Of a DNA stretch of 64,000 nt, positions 1 through 9,558 are shown one piece after another. The stretch covers positions 1 to 64,000 of the IMG/VR virus record IMGVR_UViG_3300036770_004568. One strand, written 5' to 3'. The DNA is from a virus. Below the pieces are notes generated by a model. The model was not told the DNA's origin, did no database searches, and worked only from the letters and a program-made list of their open reading frames with translations. Made by a program: the position numbers and the translations under genes. Every line of letters begins with the position of its first letter. Positions within the stretch are counted from its first letter, which is position 1.

Positions 1-80
1 TAAGGGAGAGTTTCCTAAGTACTTGATCTTGTCTCAACGCTTTGAAGATGAGTATGCTGCCATGATCGAGCAATCGAACC

Positions 81-227
81 ATGCGGATCACGATTAACTG
101 GGCCTTCCCGTTCTGGGTTGTTCTGTCTATTTATGCCGTCATGGCACATGGGGTGTCCTTTTGGGTGCCCCTTCTCATCCTTGTCTCTTCAATTCAGATC
201 AAGACATCACACTACATCCGAAAGTGA
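81..227 (+). CDS. small hydrophobic membrane protein (48 aa, not in ORF track)
   Basis: Hand-translated MRITINWAFPFWVVLSIYAV...IRK*; its stop overlaps the next GTG (GTGA coupling). Confidence 0.5.
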   Translation: MRITINWAFPFWVVLSIYAVMAHGVSFWVPLLILVSSIQIKTSHYIRK

Positions 228-535
228 AACTCAAAACTGAAAACTATTACCATTGCTTATCTTGGTTTCAACGTCACATAGAAACCGTCAAAGACCCTAA
301 GCCCTGGTGGATGTTCTGGAAGCCCTCAGTCCAGCTCACCAAGCAGGTCTGGATCCGTCACCACCGCATGATCGATTCGGAACTAGCGCATTACCTGCTT
401 GCCAGCGATGATCCTTTGCGTGCCACGCGGTTGATCTGCTCCTTTGCCCAAAGCAATGCGATCAGTCAAGTGCAGCTGGAGGTCTTTGATCCTGATGCAG
501 CAACTGATGAAACCATCCTCCTTGGAGTGTCTTAG
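224..535 (+). CDS. hypothetical protein
   Basis: In-frame GTG at 224 within ORF 161..535, coupled to the upstream stop; tightly packed + strand operon. Confidence 0.6.
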   Translation: MKLKTENYYHCLSWFQRHIETVKDPKPWWMFWKPSVQLTKQVWIRHHRMIDSELAHYLLASDDPLRATRLICSFAQSNAISQVQLEVFDPDAATDETILLGVS

Positions 536-537
536 TC

Positions 538-942
538 ATGGATCTCGGAAGTCTCATCAGTACGGATCAAGACTGGAGTGCTAATTTTGAGCACTGGCAA
601 GAGTTACAAAACAATGCGTTCAAAGCTGCACCAGCTTGCATCTTGGAATTGCACTACCGCATCAAGCTTATTGAAGATGCACTCAATGCCCGAATGCAAG
701 ATGAGGACAATGAACGTGCACTAGAGCCTGGTGGTTCTGAGCTTCCGTTACAGATCATCCATGCTCTGATCAAAGCTGAAGCCGCTCTGGCTGACATTGC
801 TGAAGGTGAGCGCGACGCAAAGGAGACCAGTTCCGAGGTGCTTGAGTTTGCTGAATCCGTCTCAGCCCAGGCCCTTATTTATCTCCGGCCTGTCATGAAG
901 CAATACGGCATTGCAACCTCTGAATGGCCTCCAACTCATTAA
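538..942 (+). CDS. hypothetical protein
   Basis: 134-aa ORF in a tightly packed operon. Confidence 0.7.
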   Translation: MDLGSLISTDQDWSANFEHWQELQNNAFKAAPACILELHYRIKLIEDALNARMQDEDNERALEPGGSELPLQIIHALIKAEAALADIAEGERDAKETSSEVLEFAESVSAQALIYLRPVMKQYGIATSEWPPTH

Positions 943-953
943 CTGATTTCCAC

Positions 954-1340
954 ATGTCTGTTGCTCCTCTTCTACGTAAGAAGACCGATGCCTTGATGGA
1001 CAAGCTGCTTCACGTTCAAAAACTCTTTCAAGTCTTTGACAAAGAAGTTCCTCTACAGCTTGTCACCGTCTTCTGCTACATCGCATCCCATGACCCCTGT
1101 CATCTTGCTGCCATCAGGGAAGGATGTGATTTGTCAGAAAACAGCGTCAGTCGCCATACTGATTGGCTGTCCACAACCCATCCCCTTGGTAAACCAGGAC
1201 TGGGGATGATTAGCAAGGAGGTTGATCCCAGTGATGCACGTCGCAAGATTGTGACACTCACCGACAAAGGTCGAATTCTTGTTAAGCAACTTAAATCCGT
1301 TTTGTATCAAGACCTTGTCCATGATCAGTTAATCGGTTGA
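954..1340 (+). CDS. MarR-family winged-helix DNA-binding protein
   Basis: HTH plus wing signature DPSDARRKIVTLTDKG; start set at ATG 954. Confidence 0.8.
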   Translation: MSVAPLLRKKTDALMDKLLHVQKLFQVFDKEVPLQLVTVFCYIASHDPCHLAAIREGCDLSENSVSRHTDWLSTTHPLGKPGLGMISKEVDPSDARRKIVTLTDKGRILVKQLKSVLYQDLVHDQLIG

Positions 1341-1344
1341 ACCC

Positions 1345-1554
1345 ATGAACAAACCTCGCGTCTTTGTCTTCACTGAGAAAACTCAATCCCTCAGTGGCAG
1401 GCCTTACATCATGGCTATCCCTGAAGATCAAATCACTTCTGTTGAAACGCAATGGGGATCCCAGAACATCTTCCTCAAGGTCAATGGACGCGAGGTCAAA
1501 GGATCGTTTGATAACTTTATCAACCTGCTCGGAGAACGTGTCGACTTCGAATGA
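1345..1554 (+). CDS. hypothetical protein
   Basis: 69-aa ORF in operon. Confidence 0.65.
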   Translation: MNKPRVFVFTEKTQSLSGRPYIMAIPEDQITSVETQWGSQNIFLKVNGREVKGSFDNFINLLGERVDFE

Positions 1555-1786
1555 GCAACTCGTGCAGAGCTATCAACGCATTGCGCGTTATGTCGATCTC
1601 CAGCCCTTCGACACGTTCGCTAAACCTCATCACTTCATGGAGGTGGTGGAGTGGTTCAACGGCGAAGGCTTTGACATCCATCTGTCCTCCTGCATGGGAG
1701 AACAGCACTTCTCCATGACGTGGGGAGAGCTGAGAGCCCTCCACGCCCTCGTTCCACTGGATGAGGACGAGGATTTCGAGGATTGA
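1538..1786 (+). CDS. hypothetical protein
   Basis: 3' part of ORF 1364..1786; probable GTG start at 1538. Confidence 0.6.
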   Translation: MSTSNEQLVQSYQRIARYVDLQPFDTFAKPHHFMEVVEWFNGEGFDIHLSSCMGEQHFSMTWGELRALHALVPLDEDEDFED

Positions 1787-1964
1787 GCTTGCCGTTTGGC
1801 TGCTGCAGCACTACACTCCTACATGTAGTACCTCACTGCTGTCATGGCTGGTGTTCTCCCCCGCCTCTCGGCCCTGGTCTGGGACCTGTTGTCGCTGGCT
1901 CTTACCTTTGGCGCCGCGTTCTGCCTGGATCTGATCGTCCGTTTCCTTCGCACCCTCTGAGCCC

Positions 1965-2267
1965 ATGAAAGTTGGAACCATCACCGCTGCGGTCCTCGAA
2001 GACCTCAGCTCCCTGTTTGATCTCTCTGTTGGTGTGGAGGAAATCTCGAACCAACTGATGGAGCAGATCCAGAATCTGAATCACAGCATTGAGACCGCAC
2101 CTGAAGGAACCCCTGAGGTCAACAAGGCCTATGCTGCTGGCATGTCCGATGCCTACCAACGGGTTGTTGCTTCGATCCATGCACTGATGAGCACCTATGG
2201 CGGAGAGCAAACCAGCAACGAATCCCAGACGCCACAACAACCACAGGAACAAGAGGTGAGTCAATGA
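1965..2267 (+). CDS. hypothetical protein
   Basis: 100-aa ORF, ATGA-coupled to the next gene. Confidence 0.65.
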   Translation: MKVGTITAAVLEDLSSLFDLSVGVEEISNQLMEQIQNLNHSIETAPEGTPEVNKAYAAGMSDAYQRVVASIHALMSTYGGEQTSNESQTPQQPQEQEVSQ

Positions 2268-2650
2268 CCACGCCAACCACCATGGATGAGATCACCCCTT
2301 GGAAGTACATGCACCCGATGTTGAGTGCTTATGTCTACAAGGAGCTTCCTGAACCCAAGTCCCTGGAAGATGCACATTGCCGCATGGTGATGCACAAGAA
2401 TGCTGTTGAGGACATCGAGATCCAGATCAAGATCTCTCAGATGAACCACAGCATTTTCCTTGATTCGCTGAGCACAGAAGACTCTGAGCCCATCGATCCA
2501 GCCAAGTTCGAAGCCAAGCACAAGAAGCACATGGAGAAGAATGTTGTTCTTCTCAATAGCCAGTTGCAGCACAAGCGCAAAGCAGCTGCTTATTGGTATT
2601 GGATGCAGTGTCATCAAGACAACATTCCTCAATCAGAGGAGGTCAGCTGA
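2264..2650 (+). CDS. hypothetical protein
   Basis: 128-aa ORF coupled at both ends. Confidence 0.7.
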   Translation: MTTPTTMDEITPWKYMHPMLSAYVYKELPEPKSLEDAHCRMVMHKNAVEDIEIQIKISQMNHSIFLDSLSTEDSEPIDPAKFEAKHKKHMEKNVVLLNSQLQHKRKAAAYWYWMQCHQDNIPQSEEVS

Positions 2651-2928
2651 TGCCTGCTCCATGTGATGCTTCGACCCAAAAAATCCTTAAGTATCTGGTG
2701 GACAAAAGCTTTAACAGTGTTCACGTTCTCAGTTGTGTTGCAGACATTGCTCGTGCAATCGGACAGAACCCTCGCACTGTTCAAAGTCGACTTCAGCAGC
2801 TTATTGATTACCAAGTTGTCAAGATTGTGGACACCTATCCAAGGGAAGGTCGCTCCATGGTTTCCGTCTATCAGCTCAACCGCCCTGCAACGTCTCAAAT
2901 CGTGGTGAATCCCCATGTCGATGCCTAA
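2650..2928 (+). CDS. winged helix-turn-helix protein
   Basis: ADIARAIGQNPRTVQSRLQQL HTH pattern; TGATG-coupled start at 2650. Confidence 0.65.
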   Translation: MPAPCDASTQKILKYLVDKSFNSVHVLSCVADIARAIGQNPRTVQSRLQQLIDYQVVKIVDTYPREGRSMVSVYQLNRPATSQIVVNPHVDA

Positions 2929-3541
2929 GGTCATTGGGCTCTACAGCCCCATCCCCCGATCTGGTAAGAGCACGGTCGCCAACTACCTCTGCCATCACCA
3001 CGGCTATGTGCGCGTCCCCTTTGCCTCCACCCTCAAGGACATGGCGGCGGTGCTGCTGCGGGACCTGGGGGTGATGGACACTGATGCCTTGCTCAGTGAC
3101 AAGAAACACCTCAAGGTGGCTGATCTTGATGGCATCGATCCAGCTCTGGCTCCTGCGTTGGGGTTCACGGTGCGTCACCTGTGCCAGACCCTAGGGACGG
3201 AGTGGGGCCGCCAATGCCTGCACACGGACATCTGGACCACGGTGTGGCAGGCCAAGACGGATCGCTTGGTCCGTGCTGGGGTGCTGGTTGTGGTGGATGA
3301 CATGCGTTTCCCCAATGAGTACGAGCAGATCAAGGCGATGGGTGGTGAAACGTGGCGGATCACCAGGCCGTCTTTGGTGGCGGATGAATCAGTAGTCAAG
3401 CACGCATCTGAGGGATCACTTGATCACTCCCTGTTTGACTGCGAGATCTACAACACCGAAGACCTGGACCGCCTCTACCAGATCACCGAGACGCTGATGC
3501 AGTCGACTCGTCCGCTCACCTCCCTGGAGCTGGCGGCATGA
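2915..3541 (+). CDS. deoxynucleoside monophosphate kinase
   Basis: P-loop RSGKST, FASTLKD, RHLCQTLGTEWGR, DDMRFPNE and HASE motifs of phage dNMP kinases. Confidence 0.9.
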   Translation: MSMPKVIGLYSPIPRSGKSTVANYLCHHHGYVRVPFASTLKDMAAVLLRDLGVMDTDALLSDKKHLKVADLDGIDPALAPALGFTVRHLCQTLGTEWGRQCLHTDIWTTVWQAKTDRLVRAGVLVVVDDMRFPNEYEQIKAMGGETWRITRPSLVADESVVKHASEGSLDHSLFDCEIYNTEDLDRLYQITETLMQSTRPLTSLELAA

Positions 3542-4179
3542 CCCAGGCACCGGAGCACATCAGTCAGTACCTGTTTACGACGGATTGGTTTGAGCAATCC
3601 AGGCCGATCTGGACTGCGCTGCTAAGCAACTTCAAGCCTGCTCGGATCTTGGAGATTGGCAGCTACGAGGGAGCGTCCATCTGTTTCTGCATCGATTTTC
3701 TCAGCCAATTCCAAAAGGAGCTAGAAATCATTTGCATTGACACTTGGAATGACGACTTTTATGGACCGATGGCTGAGGTGTATGAACGCTTTCGAACAAA
3801 CACTAGCCTTGCGATTTCCAACTCACCTGCTCAGGTGCAGTTTGTGATCTACAAGGAACCATCGATCAATGCCCTGGCTCAGATCATCTCTGAGAATTCA
3901 CGTCTGCCTGAGCAAGATCAGAATGCCTATGATCTGATTTATGTGGATGGCAGTCACATGGCCAAGGATGTCATCACTGATGCGGTGATGGCTTTTCCCT
4001 TACTCAAGGTGGGTGGCTTGATGATCTTTGATGATTATCTCTGGAGCAATCCGAATTCAGATTCTAGTGTTGCTTCTCCTAAGATTGCTATTGATGCATT
4101 CACAACCATCTTTCGCGATCAGATTCAATTCATTTCAGCTCCCCTTTATCAACTCTACATGGTTAAAACAGCCCCATGA
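3538..4179 (+). CDS. class I SAM-dependent methyltransferase (Methyltransf_24-like)
   Basis: ILEIGSYEG, IDTW, DLIYVDGSH, LKVGGLMIFDDY motifs. Confidence 0.9.
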   Translation: MTQAPEHISQYLFTTDWFEQSRPIWTALLSNFKPARILEIGSYEGASICFCIDFLSQFQKELEIICIDTWNDDFYGPMAEVYERFRTNTSLAISNSPAQVQFVIYKEPSINALAQIISENSRLPEQDQNAYDLIYVDGSHMAKDVITDAVMAFPLLKVGGLMIFDDYLWSNPNSDSSVASPKIAIDAFTTIFRDQIQFISAPLYQLYMVKTAP

Positions 4180-4445
4180 AAACATTCATCTTGTTGATTG
4201 CTGGTTTCCTGTTGGTGTTGTCACTGACCAGTTGTACTCCTTTGGCCTCTGAACCATCGGAGCAACTGCTGAGCGCACAAGGTTATAGCGATGTGAAGAT
4301 TGGGACCTGGACTCCACTGGTAATGCTCAAATGCAGTGAGGATGACGTGTTGCAAACGCCTTTTACAGCCGTCTCTCCTGCTGGTGTTGAAGTCTCTGGT
4401 GTTGTCTGTCAAGGCCTGTTTAAGGGAGCCACGATTCGTTTCTGA
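4176..4445 (+). CDS. putative lipoprotein
   Basis: Signal peptide with lipobox LTSC; C-terminal GVVCQGLFKGATIRF. Confidence 0.7.
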   Translation: MKTFILLIAGFLLVLSLTSCTPLASEPSEQLLSAQGYSDVKIGTWTPLVMLKCSEDDVLQTPFTAVSPAGVEVSGVVCQGLFKGATIRF

Positions 4446-4450
4446 TTGCC

Positions 4451-5254
4451 ATGGAAAAACCTGATTATCCCGATCCCCATTTCACCGTCACGGTCCTCAG
4501 TCAAACCGAGCGTCCCCAGCGGCTGATCTATGCCGCCATGCATCAGGACTACAGCGAGCACTGCATCAGTGAGAAATGGGAATCGTCCATCATTACTGAA
4601 ACCACAGCGGGTGCCATCATCACCAAACGCTTGCTCGCACACCAGCACTTTGGACCACTGGAGCATCCCTCCATTACGTTCAGCACGGGCTACTTTCCAC
4701 ACTCGGTGCTGCAGCAAGCCCGAACGCACAGGGTTGGGACAACCTGGGACAGCCAGTCGAACCGCTATACATCACAACGCATTCTTGATCTCGCTTCTTT
4801 GATTGAGCAAATCAAGGAGCGTACTCCTAATCTCAGTATACAGGAACTTGCAGCTCTGGTTGCACCTGATATTGAGAAGGTGTTCTATCTCAGGCCGCCT
4901 GGGGAATACACCGATCGCCAGGGTGATCGCTACCACTACACAACGGACCACCGGCTCAATGACCTGGTGTTGGTGCTGCATTGCGTGCTGCACTACAAGG
5001 AGAATGTTGAGGGGCACGGCTATTCCGAAGAGCATGCCCGTGGCCTGATCCCCTTTGATATCCGTCAGCACTTTGTGGTGTCGTTCAATGTCCGCTCTCT
5101 CATGCACTTTATGGACATGCGCATGCCGCTTGATGCCCAGTACGAGATCCGCTGTCTCTGTGAGCTGATGTGGCCTCACTTTCAAGACTGGGTGCCAGCC
5201 GTTGCGGACTGGTACAGCAAGACCCGTAAAGGCAAGAACAAGCTCGCCCCCTGA
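4451..5254 (+). CDS. thyX: FAD-dependent thymidylate synthase
   Basis: HFGPLEH, QARTHR...SQSNRY ThyX motif, EHARGLIP, NVRSLMHF, AQYEIR. Confidence 0.95.
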   Translation: MEKPDYPDPHFTVTVLSQTERPQRLIYAAMHQDYSEHCISEKWESSIITETTAGAIITKRLLAHQHFGPLEHPSITFSTGYFPHSVLQQARTHRVGTTWDSQSNRYTSQRILDLASLIEQIKERTPNLSIQELAALVAPDIEKVFYLRPPGEYTDRQGDRYHYTTDHRLNDLVLVLHCVLHYKENVEGHGYSEEHARGLIPFDIRQHFVVSFNVRSLMHFMDMRMPLDAQYEIRCLCELMWPHFQDWVPAVADWYSKTRKGKNKLAP

Positions 5255-5541
5255 TGACCGATCCTCTCCAGCGTTTGGCTCTGGTCAAACGTGTTCTCCC
5301 CCGCCGCCGTGAAACTGAGATGACCGAACTGGATGCCTCTCCCATCATTGAAAAGACAGCCCGTGCCATTTCGGATTGGCATTCCGAACGGGACTGGCCC
5401 CTGCACATCGACCAGGCCAAGCGCTGCGTTGAAGCCATCGCTGAACTCCTGCAACGGGAGGGATTTCGTGATGCCGCTGAGCATCTGCGCACCGGCATCT
5501 GGGAACCCCCCGCTCCACGTCGTAACACCGCTGCTAAGTAA
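5254..5541 (+). CDS. hypothetical protein
   Basis: Coupled ORF. Confidence 0.6.
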   Translation: MTDPLQRLALVKRVLPRRRETEMTELDASPIIEKTARAISDWHSERDWPLHIDQAKRCVEAIAELLQREGFRDAAEHLRTGIWEPPAPRRNTAAK

Positions 5542-5897
5542 TGGGTTATCTCACCACCATCACGTTCTACAACGATGGCGCTAACCTTATCCAAAGGTAC
5601 AAAGAGGAGGTTGCGGATGCTGTACACGCGTGTATGGTTCATGACAAGCCTTTAACCAAAGGCATTGGTCATTTCGTCAATTGCATCAATTCCCAGCAGC
5701 CCCGCCATGCTGATGATCACACCATCTATGTGCACATGGGAAACTGTGTGACCGAGGTCAATCCCTATTCACCAGAATTCAAAGACCTGATGCAGCGCTC
5801 TCCTGACTTTGCTAAGCGCCTTGTGGATTTTTTGGAGCAGGAAGTCTATCATCTAAAGAAGCAATTGAAAACTGTCTATGGATCTAAACCCGAATGA
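5541..5897 (+). CDS. hypothetical protein
   Basis: Coupled ORF (TAATG). Confidence 0.7.
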   Translation: MGYLTTITFYNDGANLIQRYKEEVADAVHACMVHDKPLTKGIGHFVNCINSQQPRHADDHTIYVHMGNCVTEVNPYSPEFKDLMQRSPDFAKRLVDFLEQEVYHLKKQLKTVYGSKPE

Positions 5898-6174
5898 ACA
5901 CAGCGCATTGCAGCAAGCGGTGCAGTATTCCAAAGACCATCCCATACATCCAACTCCCATGGATCAACCACCCGCTACGCCCTGGCAAATTGCAGCCATG
6001 GCCCTGTGCATTGGCTGTTTGCCCTCATTGCTGATGGCGCTAGTGACCTGGAGAGTCACATCCCAGATTGCGTTTGATAGTGGGGTTGTGGCCTGTTATC
6101 GCGATGCCGCAGCCTGCAAAATCAGGTATGATTACCTCACGCTTACAACCAGTAGCCAGTCCCTCAAGCCTTAA
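5878..6174 (+). CDS. hypothetical membrane protein
   Basis: One hydrophobic segment. Confidence 0.6.
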   Translation: MDLNPNEHSALQQAVQYSKDHPIHPTPMDQPPATPWQIAAMALCIGCLPSLLMALVTWRVTSQIAFDSGVVACYRDAAACKIRYDYLTLTTSSQSLKP

Positions 6175-6218
6175 CGGGCGTTAAGACTGCTCAACAACAC
6201 ACAACACACACCCTGTCC

Positions 6219-8354
6219 ATGACTGCCACTCTCGTGTCCCCCTCGTCCCTGATTCTCCAGGGCCTCAATGATCAACAGCTTCAAGCTGTCAACCACACCT
6301 ATGGCCCCCTGCTGGTGGCTGCTGGTGCCGGTGCTGGGAAAACTGGTGTCCTGACCCGCCGCATTGCCATGTTGCTGGTCGATCTGGAAGTGGATCCCCG
6401 CTCCATGCTGGTGTCCACCTTCACCAAGAAAGCAGCCGATGAGATGAAAGAGCGTCTCAACGTTCTGCTCTGCGGGGTGCTGGCCCACCAACGCCATGAA
6501 ACCACCTTCACGTCTCTCAGCCGGGATCACCAGAGAGCGATTGCTGATGTGGTGCGTGAGGATTACATCAAGCCCATGCTGATTGGGACCCTGCACAGCT
6601 GCTTTGGACAGATCCTGCGAAAGGACATCGAGTCCTATGTTGATCCTGAAGGATTGAGCTGGACACGCCGTTACAAGATTGCGGACTCCAGCGATCAAGC
6701 CAAGATCATGCGTGAGATCGTCAGCAAGCAGCTCAACCTGGATCCCAAGATCTATTCACCGCGTACCATCGCATCCCAGATCAGTCGGATGAAGAACAAC
6801 AACGTTCTTCCCGATGACATGATCATTCCCCCTGGTCAAGAAGGGCGCGCCAAGCGGGTGGTGTTTGAAGCCTACAAGCTGTACCGCCGTGCCCTGGCCC
6901 AGGACAACACCCTGGACTTCGATGACATCTTGATGGTGACAGCGCGTCTGCTCAAGCAGAACGAAACCATCCGTCGTTACTGGCATCAACGCTTCCGTCA
7001 TCTTCTGGTTGATGAGTACCAGGATACCAATACGGCACAGTTCGATGTGCTGCGGATGATTGCCACAGGCCAAGACCAGATGGGTCAAGGAACTGTGGAC
7101 TGGTCAGATCGCTCCTTCTTTGTGGTGGGTGATGTGGACCAGGCCATCTACTCCTTCCGGGGTGCGGACTACCAGATCATGCTCGATTTCCAAAAGGACT
7201 TTGGCGATGGGCTGATGACTAAAGACTCGCAGACCATGATTCTTCTGGAGAAGAACTACAGGTCGACCCAAACGATTATTCATGCCGCCAACCATTTGAT
7301 CCAGAACAATCAATTCCGTGTGGACAAAACGCTCGAGCCCACACGCGATAAGGGTGAGCCGATCCGCTTCAAGCAATTTGCCCATGAGGATCGGGAGGCT
7401 GAGTACATCGCCAAGAAGATCAAGCAGATGGTGACCGATGGGGAGTGTCAGTACTCCGATGTGGCGATCCTCTATCGCAACAACTCGATCTCACGGCCCT
7501 TTGAAAGTGAGTTTGTCCGTCGCTCCATTCCCCATGTGATGCCGAAGTCCATGCGGTTCTTTGAGCGCAAGGAAATCAAGGACCTCATGGCCTACCTGCA
7601 GTTTGTCGATGACCAAACCTCCGACAGCAGCCTGGTGCGGATCCTGGGGGTGCCCAAGCGCGGTGTGGGGGACACCACCATTGAGAAGCTCAAGCTCTTT
7701 GCCTATGGGCGGGACATGAGCCTGTGGGATCTGATCCATTCCCCGGACCAGGTCAAAGAGGCGCTGGGCCGTGCCAACAAGGGGCTGTCGGAATTTGTGG
7801 GGATGATCCAAGAGATCATTGCTGAGAAGGACGACAAGACTTTGGTTGAGCTGCTCCATGGCATCACGGAGCGCATTGAGTACACCAAGTACCTGCAAGC
7901 CACAGCGGTGAACAGTGACGAGGCCTTTGAGCGTCAGGGCAACGTCAATGAGCTGTTCAATGCCATTGCCCAGCACGTGCAGGACACGGCAGACCAGAGC
8001 ATTGCTGGGTTCTTGGAGGCTGCGGCCCTGCAGCTGGAGGCTGGGAGCAAGACCGAGGACTCCAACTCCGTCACCCTGTTGACCATCCATGGCTCCAAGG
8101 GTCTGGAGTTTCCGATTGTGTTCATTGCTGGGGTTGAGGATGACATCATCCCTTCCTACCGGGCACTGCAGAGCGAAGACCCTGAAATGCTGGAAGAGGA
8201 GCGTCGTCTGTTCTATGTGGCGATCACACGGGCCAAGAACCAGCTGTATTTGAGTGCCGTGAAGTCTCGCTCCAATGGCTATGGGGGTTCTTTCGACAAG
8301 GTGCCCTCAATGTTCCTTGACGAGATTCCCGACGACTACATCCTGTCAGTCTAG
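6219..8354 (+). CDS. pcrA: UvrD/PcrA-like SF1A DNA helicase
   Basis: AGAGAGKT, TFTKKAA, VDEYQD, VGDVDQAIYSFRGA, NYRS, TIHGSKGLEF, EERRLFYVAITRA. Confidence 0.95.
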   Translation: MTATLVSPSSLILQGLNDQQLQAVNHTYGPLLVAAGAGAGKTGVLTRRIAMLLVDLEVDPRSMLVSTFTKKAADEMKERLNVLLCGVLAHQRHETTFTSLSRDHQRAIADVVREDYIKPMLIGTLHSCFGQILRKDIESYVDPEGLSWTRRYKIADSSDQAKIMREIVSKQLNLDPKIYSPRTIASQISRMKNNNVLPDDMIIPPGQEGRAKRVVFEAYKLYRRALAQDNTLDFDDILMVTARLLKQNETIRRYWHQRFRHLLVDEYQDTNTAQFDVLRMIATGQDQMGQGTVDWSDRSFFVVGDVDQAIYSFRGADYQIMLDFQKDFGDGLMTKDSQTMILLEKNYRSTQTIIHAANHLIQNNQFRVDKTLEPTRDKGEPIRFKQFAHEDREAEYIAKKIKQMVTDGECQYSDVAILYRNNSISRPFESEFVRRSIPHVMPKSMRFFERKEIKDLMAYLQFVDDQTSDSSLVRILGVPKRGVGDTTIEKLKLFAYGRDMSLWDLIHSPDQVKEALGRANKGLSEFVGMIQEIIAEKDDKTLVELLHGITERIEYTKYLQATAVNSDEAFERQGNVNELFNAIAQHVQDTADQSIAGFLEAAALQLEAGSKTEDSNSVTLLTIHGSKGLEFPIVFIAGVEDDIIPSYRALQSEDPEMLEEERRLFYVAITRAKNQLYLSAVKSRSNGYGGSFDKVPSMFLDEIPDDYILSV

Positions 8355-8397
8355 ATAGACTCTAAGCAGACCTCAATACCTTGGGGTCTGTTGTCAC

Positions 8398-8479
8398 GGG
8401 GACGTGGCGGAATTGGTAGACGCACTTGGTTTAGGTCCAAGCGGCACAAGTCGTGCAGGTTCAAGTCCTGTCGTCCCCA
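8398..8479 (+). tRNA. tRNA-Leu(TAG)
   Basis: Acceptor GGGGACG/CGTCCCC, anticodon arm CTTGG-TT TAG GT-CCAAG, long variable arm, GGTTCAAGTCC. Confidence 0.95.
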
Positions 8480-8502
8480 CTGGTCACAACACAACACACA
8501 CC

Positions 8503-8970
8503 ATGGCTTGTCCATCCATTGTTGGTCGCCTCGATCCAGTTAATGCTGGATTCCGCAAGGCGGATTATAGACGCTTGCTGAAAGACATTTACCCAGGTGA
8601 TGTGGATCCATTAACACTTGAAGTAAATCACAAAGCCTATCAGAAGCTGCTTGCCTATGCTGAACTGAATGGGTTTAAGCGACGTGAAGTGAGTCTTTAC
8701 AACCCCCAATCGCTTCTTCCTATTGTTGGTTCCGTGGGCTGGCATAGTGATGAGCACATGGGACTAGTACTCAGCTGGATCCTGTACGAAGAACCTTTGA
8801 TTCCTCAAAAAGATTCCTACACCATGCAGTTGATCACACGCAGGAAAGCTCTAGATCTCGTGCCAGGGCAGGTGTTCTTGTTCAATGCCAATGCGGACCA
8901 CACCTGGATTTCCAACTACAAGTGCATCATGGCCCAGCTCACGGTTAGCTATGACAGGTCCAAGCGATGA
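8503..8970 (+). CDS. hypothetical protein, possible 2OG-Fe(II) oxygenase/cupin fold
   Basis: GWHSD (HxD) plus distal FNANADH His; the true start is ATG 8503 because the ORF-track start lies inside the tRNA. Confidence 0.6.
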   Translation: MACPSIVGRLDPVNAGFRKADYRRLLKDIYPGDVDPLTLEVNHKAYQKLLAYAELNGFKRREVSLYNPQSLLPIVGSVGWHSDEHMGLVLSWILYEEPLIPQKDSYTMQLITRRKALDLVPGQVFLFNANADHTWISNYKCIMAQLTVSYDRSKR

Positions 8971-9176
8971 AACAAGAACCTCTCTACGAATCCGTCATCA
9001 CCGCCTGGTGGGAGCGGAAAGGTTCGATTAGTGATGTCCCCAGTGCAGCGGATGTGATTGAAGCTGTAGCCGACTGGCTAGAGAACTACAGCAAGACGTA
9101 CAAGAATCCCAAGGGCTTTGGATCTGCTATTCATGTGCTCAAGATCCAAGCTGAGATTGCACGCGAAACGGATTGA
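8967..9176 (+). CDS. hypothetical protein
   Basis: ATGA-coupled 69-aa ORF. Confidence 0.65.
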   Translation: MKQEPLYESVITAWWERKGSISDVPSAADVIEAVADWLENYSKTYKNPKGFGSAIHVLKIQAEIARETD

Positions 9177-9189
9177 TGTATCCATCCTA

Positions 9190-9212
9190 GACTTGTATCA
9201 CTGATACAAGTC
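9190..9212. promoter_or_regulatory. perfect 23-bp palindrome overlapping a TAGACT -10 element (operator-like)
   Basis: GACTTGTATCA-C-TGATACAAGTC; TAGACT at 9188-9193. Confidence 0.55.
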
Positions 9213-9214
9213 TC

Positions 9215-9346
9215 ATGGTACGTCTTTACTTCCAATGCGGTCATGTTCGCCGCTGCATTGACGTACCTCTCAAGGAAGCCAGACGTGTCAACAAAACCTT
9301 GTTTGACAACGGCGCTGCTGTGTACTGGACAGAGCGGCTAGAATAG
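9215..9346 (+). CDS. small hypothetical protein (43 aa, not in ORF track)
   Basis: MVRLYFQCGHVRRCIDVPLKEARR...RLE*; starts 21 nt after TAGACT, the spacing typical of this genome. Confidence 0.55.
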   Translation: MVRLYFQCGHVRRCIDVPLKEARRVNKTLFDNGAAVYWTERLE

Positions 9347-9352
9347 GCAAAT

Positions 9353-9427
9353 GCGGATGTAGCTCAACGGTAGAGCAAAAGCCTTCCAAGCTTTTGGTTG
9401 CGCGTTCGAATCGCGTCATCCGCTCCA
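9353..9427 (+). tRNA. tRNA-Gly(TCC)
   Basis: GCGGATG/CATCCGC acceptor, AAAGC-CT TCC AA-GCTTT, encoded CCA. Confidence 0.95.
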
Positions 9428-9431
9428 ACCA

Positions 9432-9518
9432 GGAAGGTCAATCCGATTGGCGACGGAAGCGCTCTTGAAAAGCGTCGAGGTGTGAAAGCCCTTGGGAGTT
9501 CGACTCTCCCACCTTCCG
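9432..9518 (+). tRNA. tRNA-Ser(TGA)
   Basis: GGAAGGT/ACCTTCC acceptor, CGCT-CT TGA AA-AGCG, long variable arm, GTTCGACTC. Confidence 0.9.
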
Positions 9519-9558
9519 TGCAGGTGAAATAGAATACTAATAACTCAGATACGCAATA

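Noticed and set aside
8404-8502. N-terminal 33 aa of ORF 8404..8970
   Set aside because: It is a translation of tRNA-Leu; the real start is 8503
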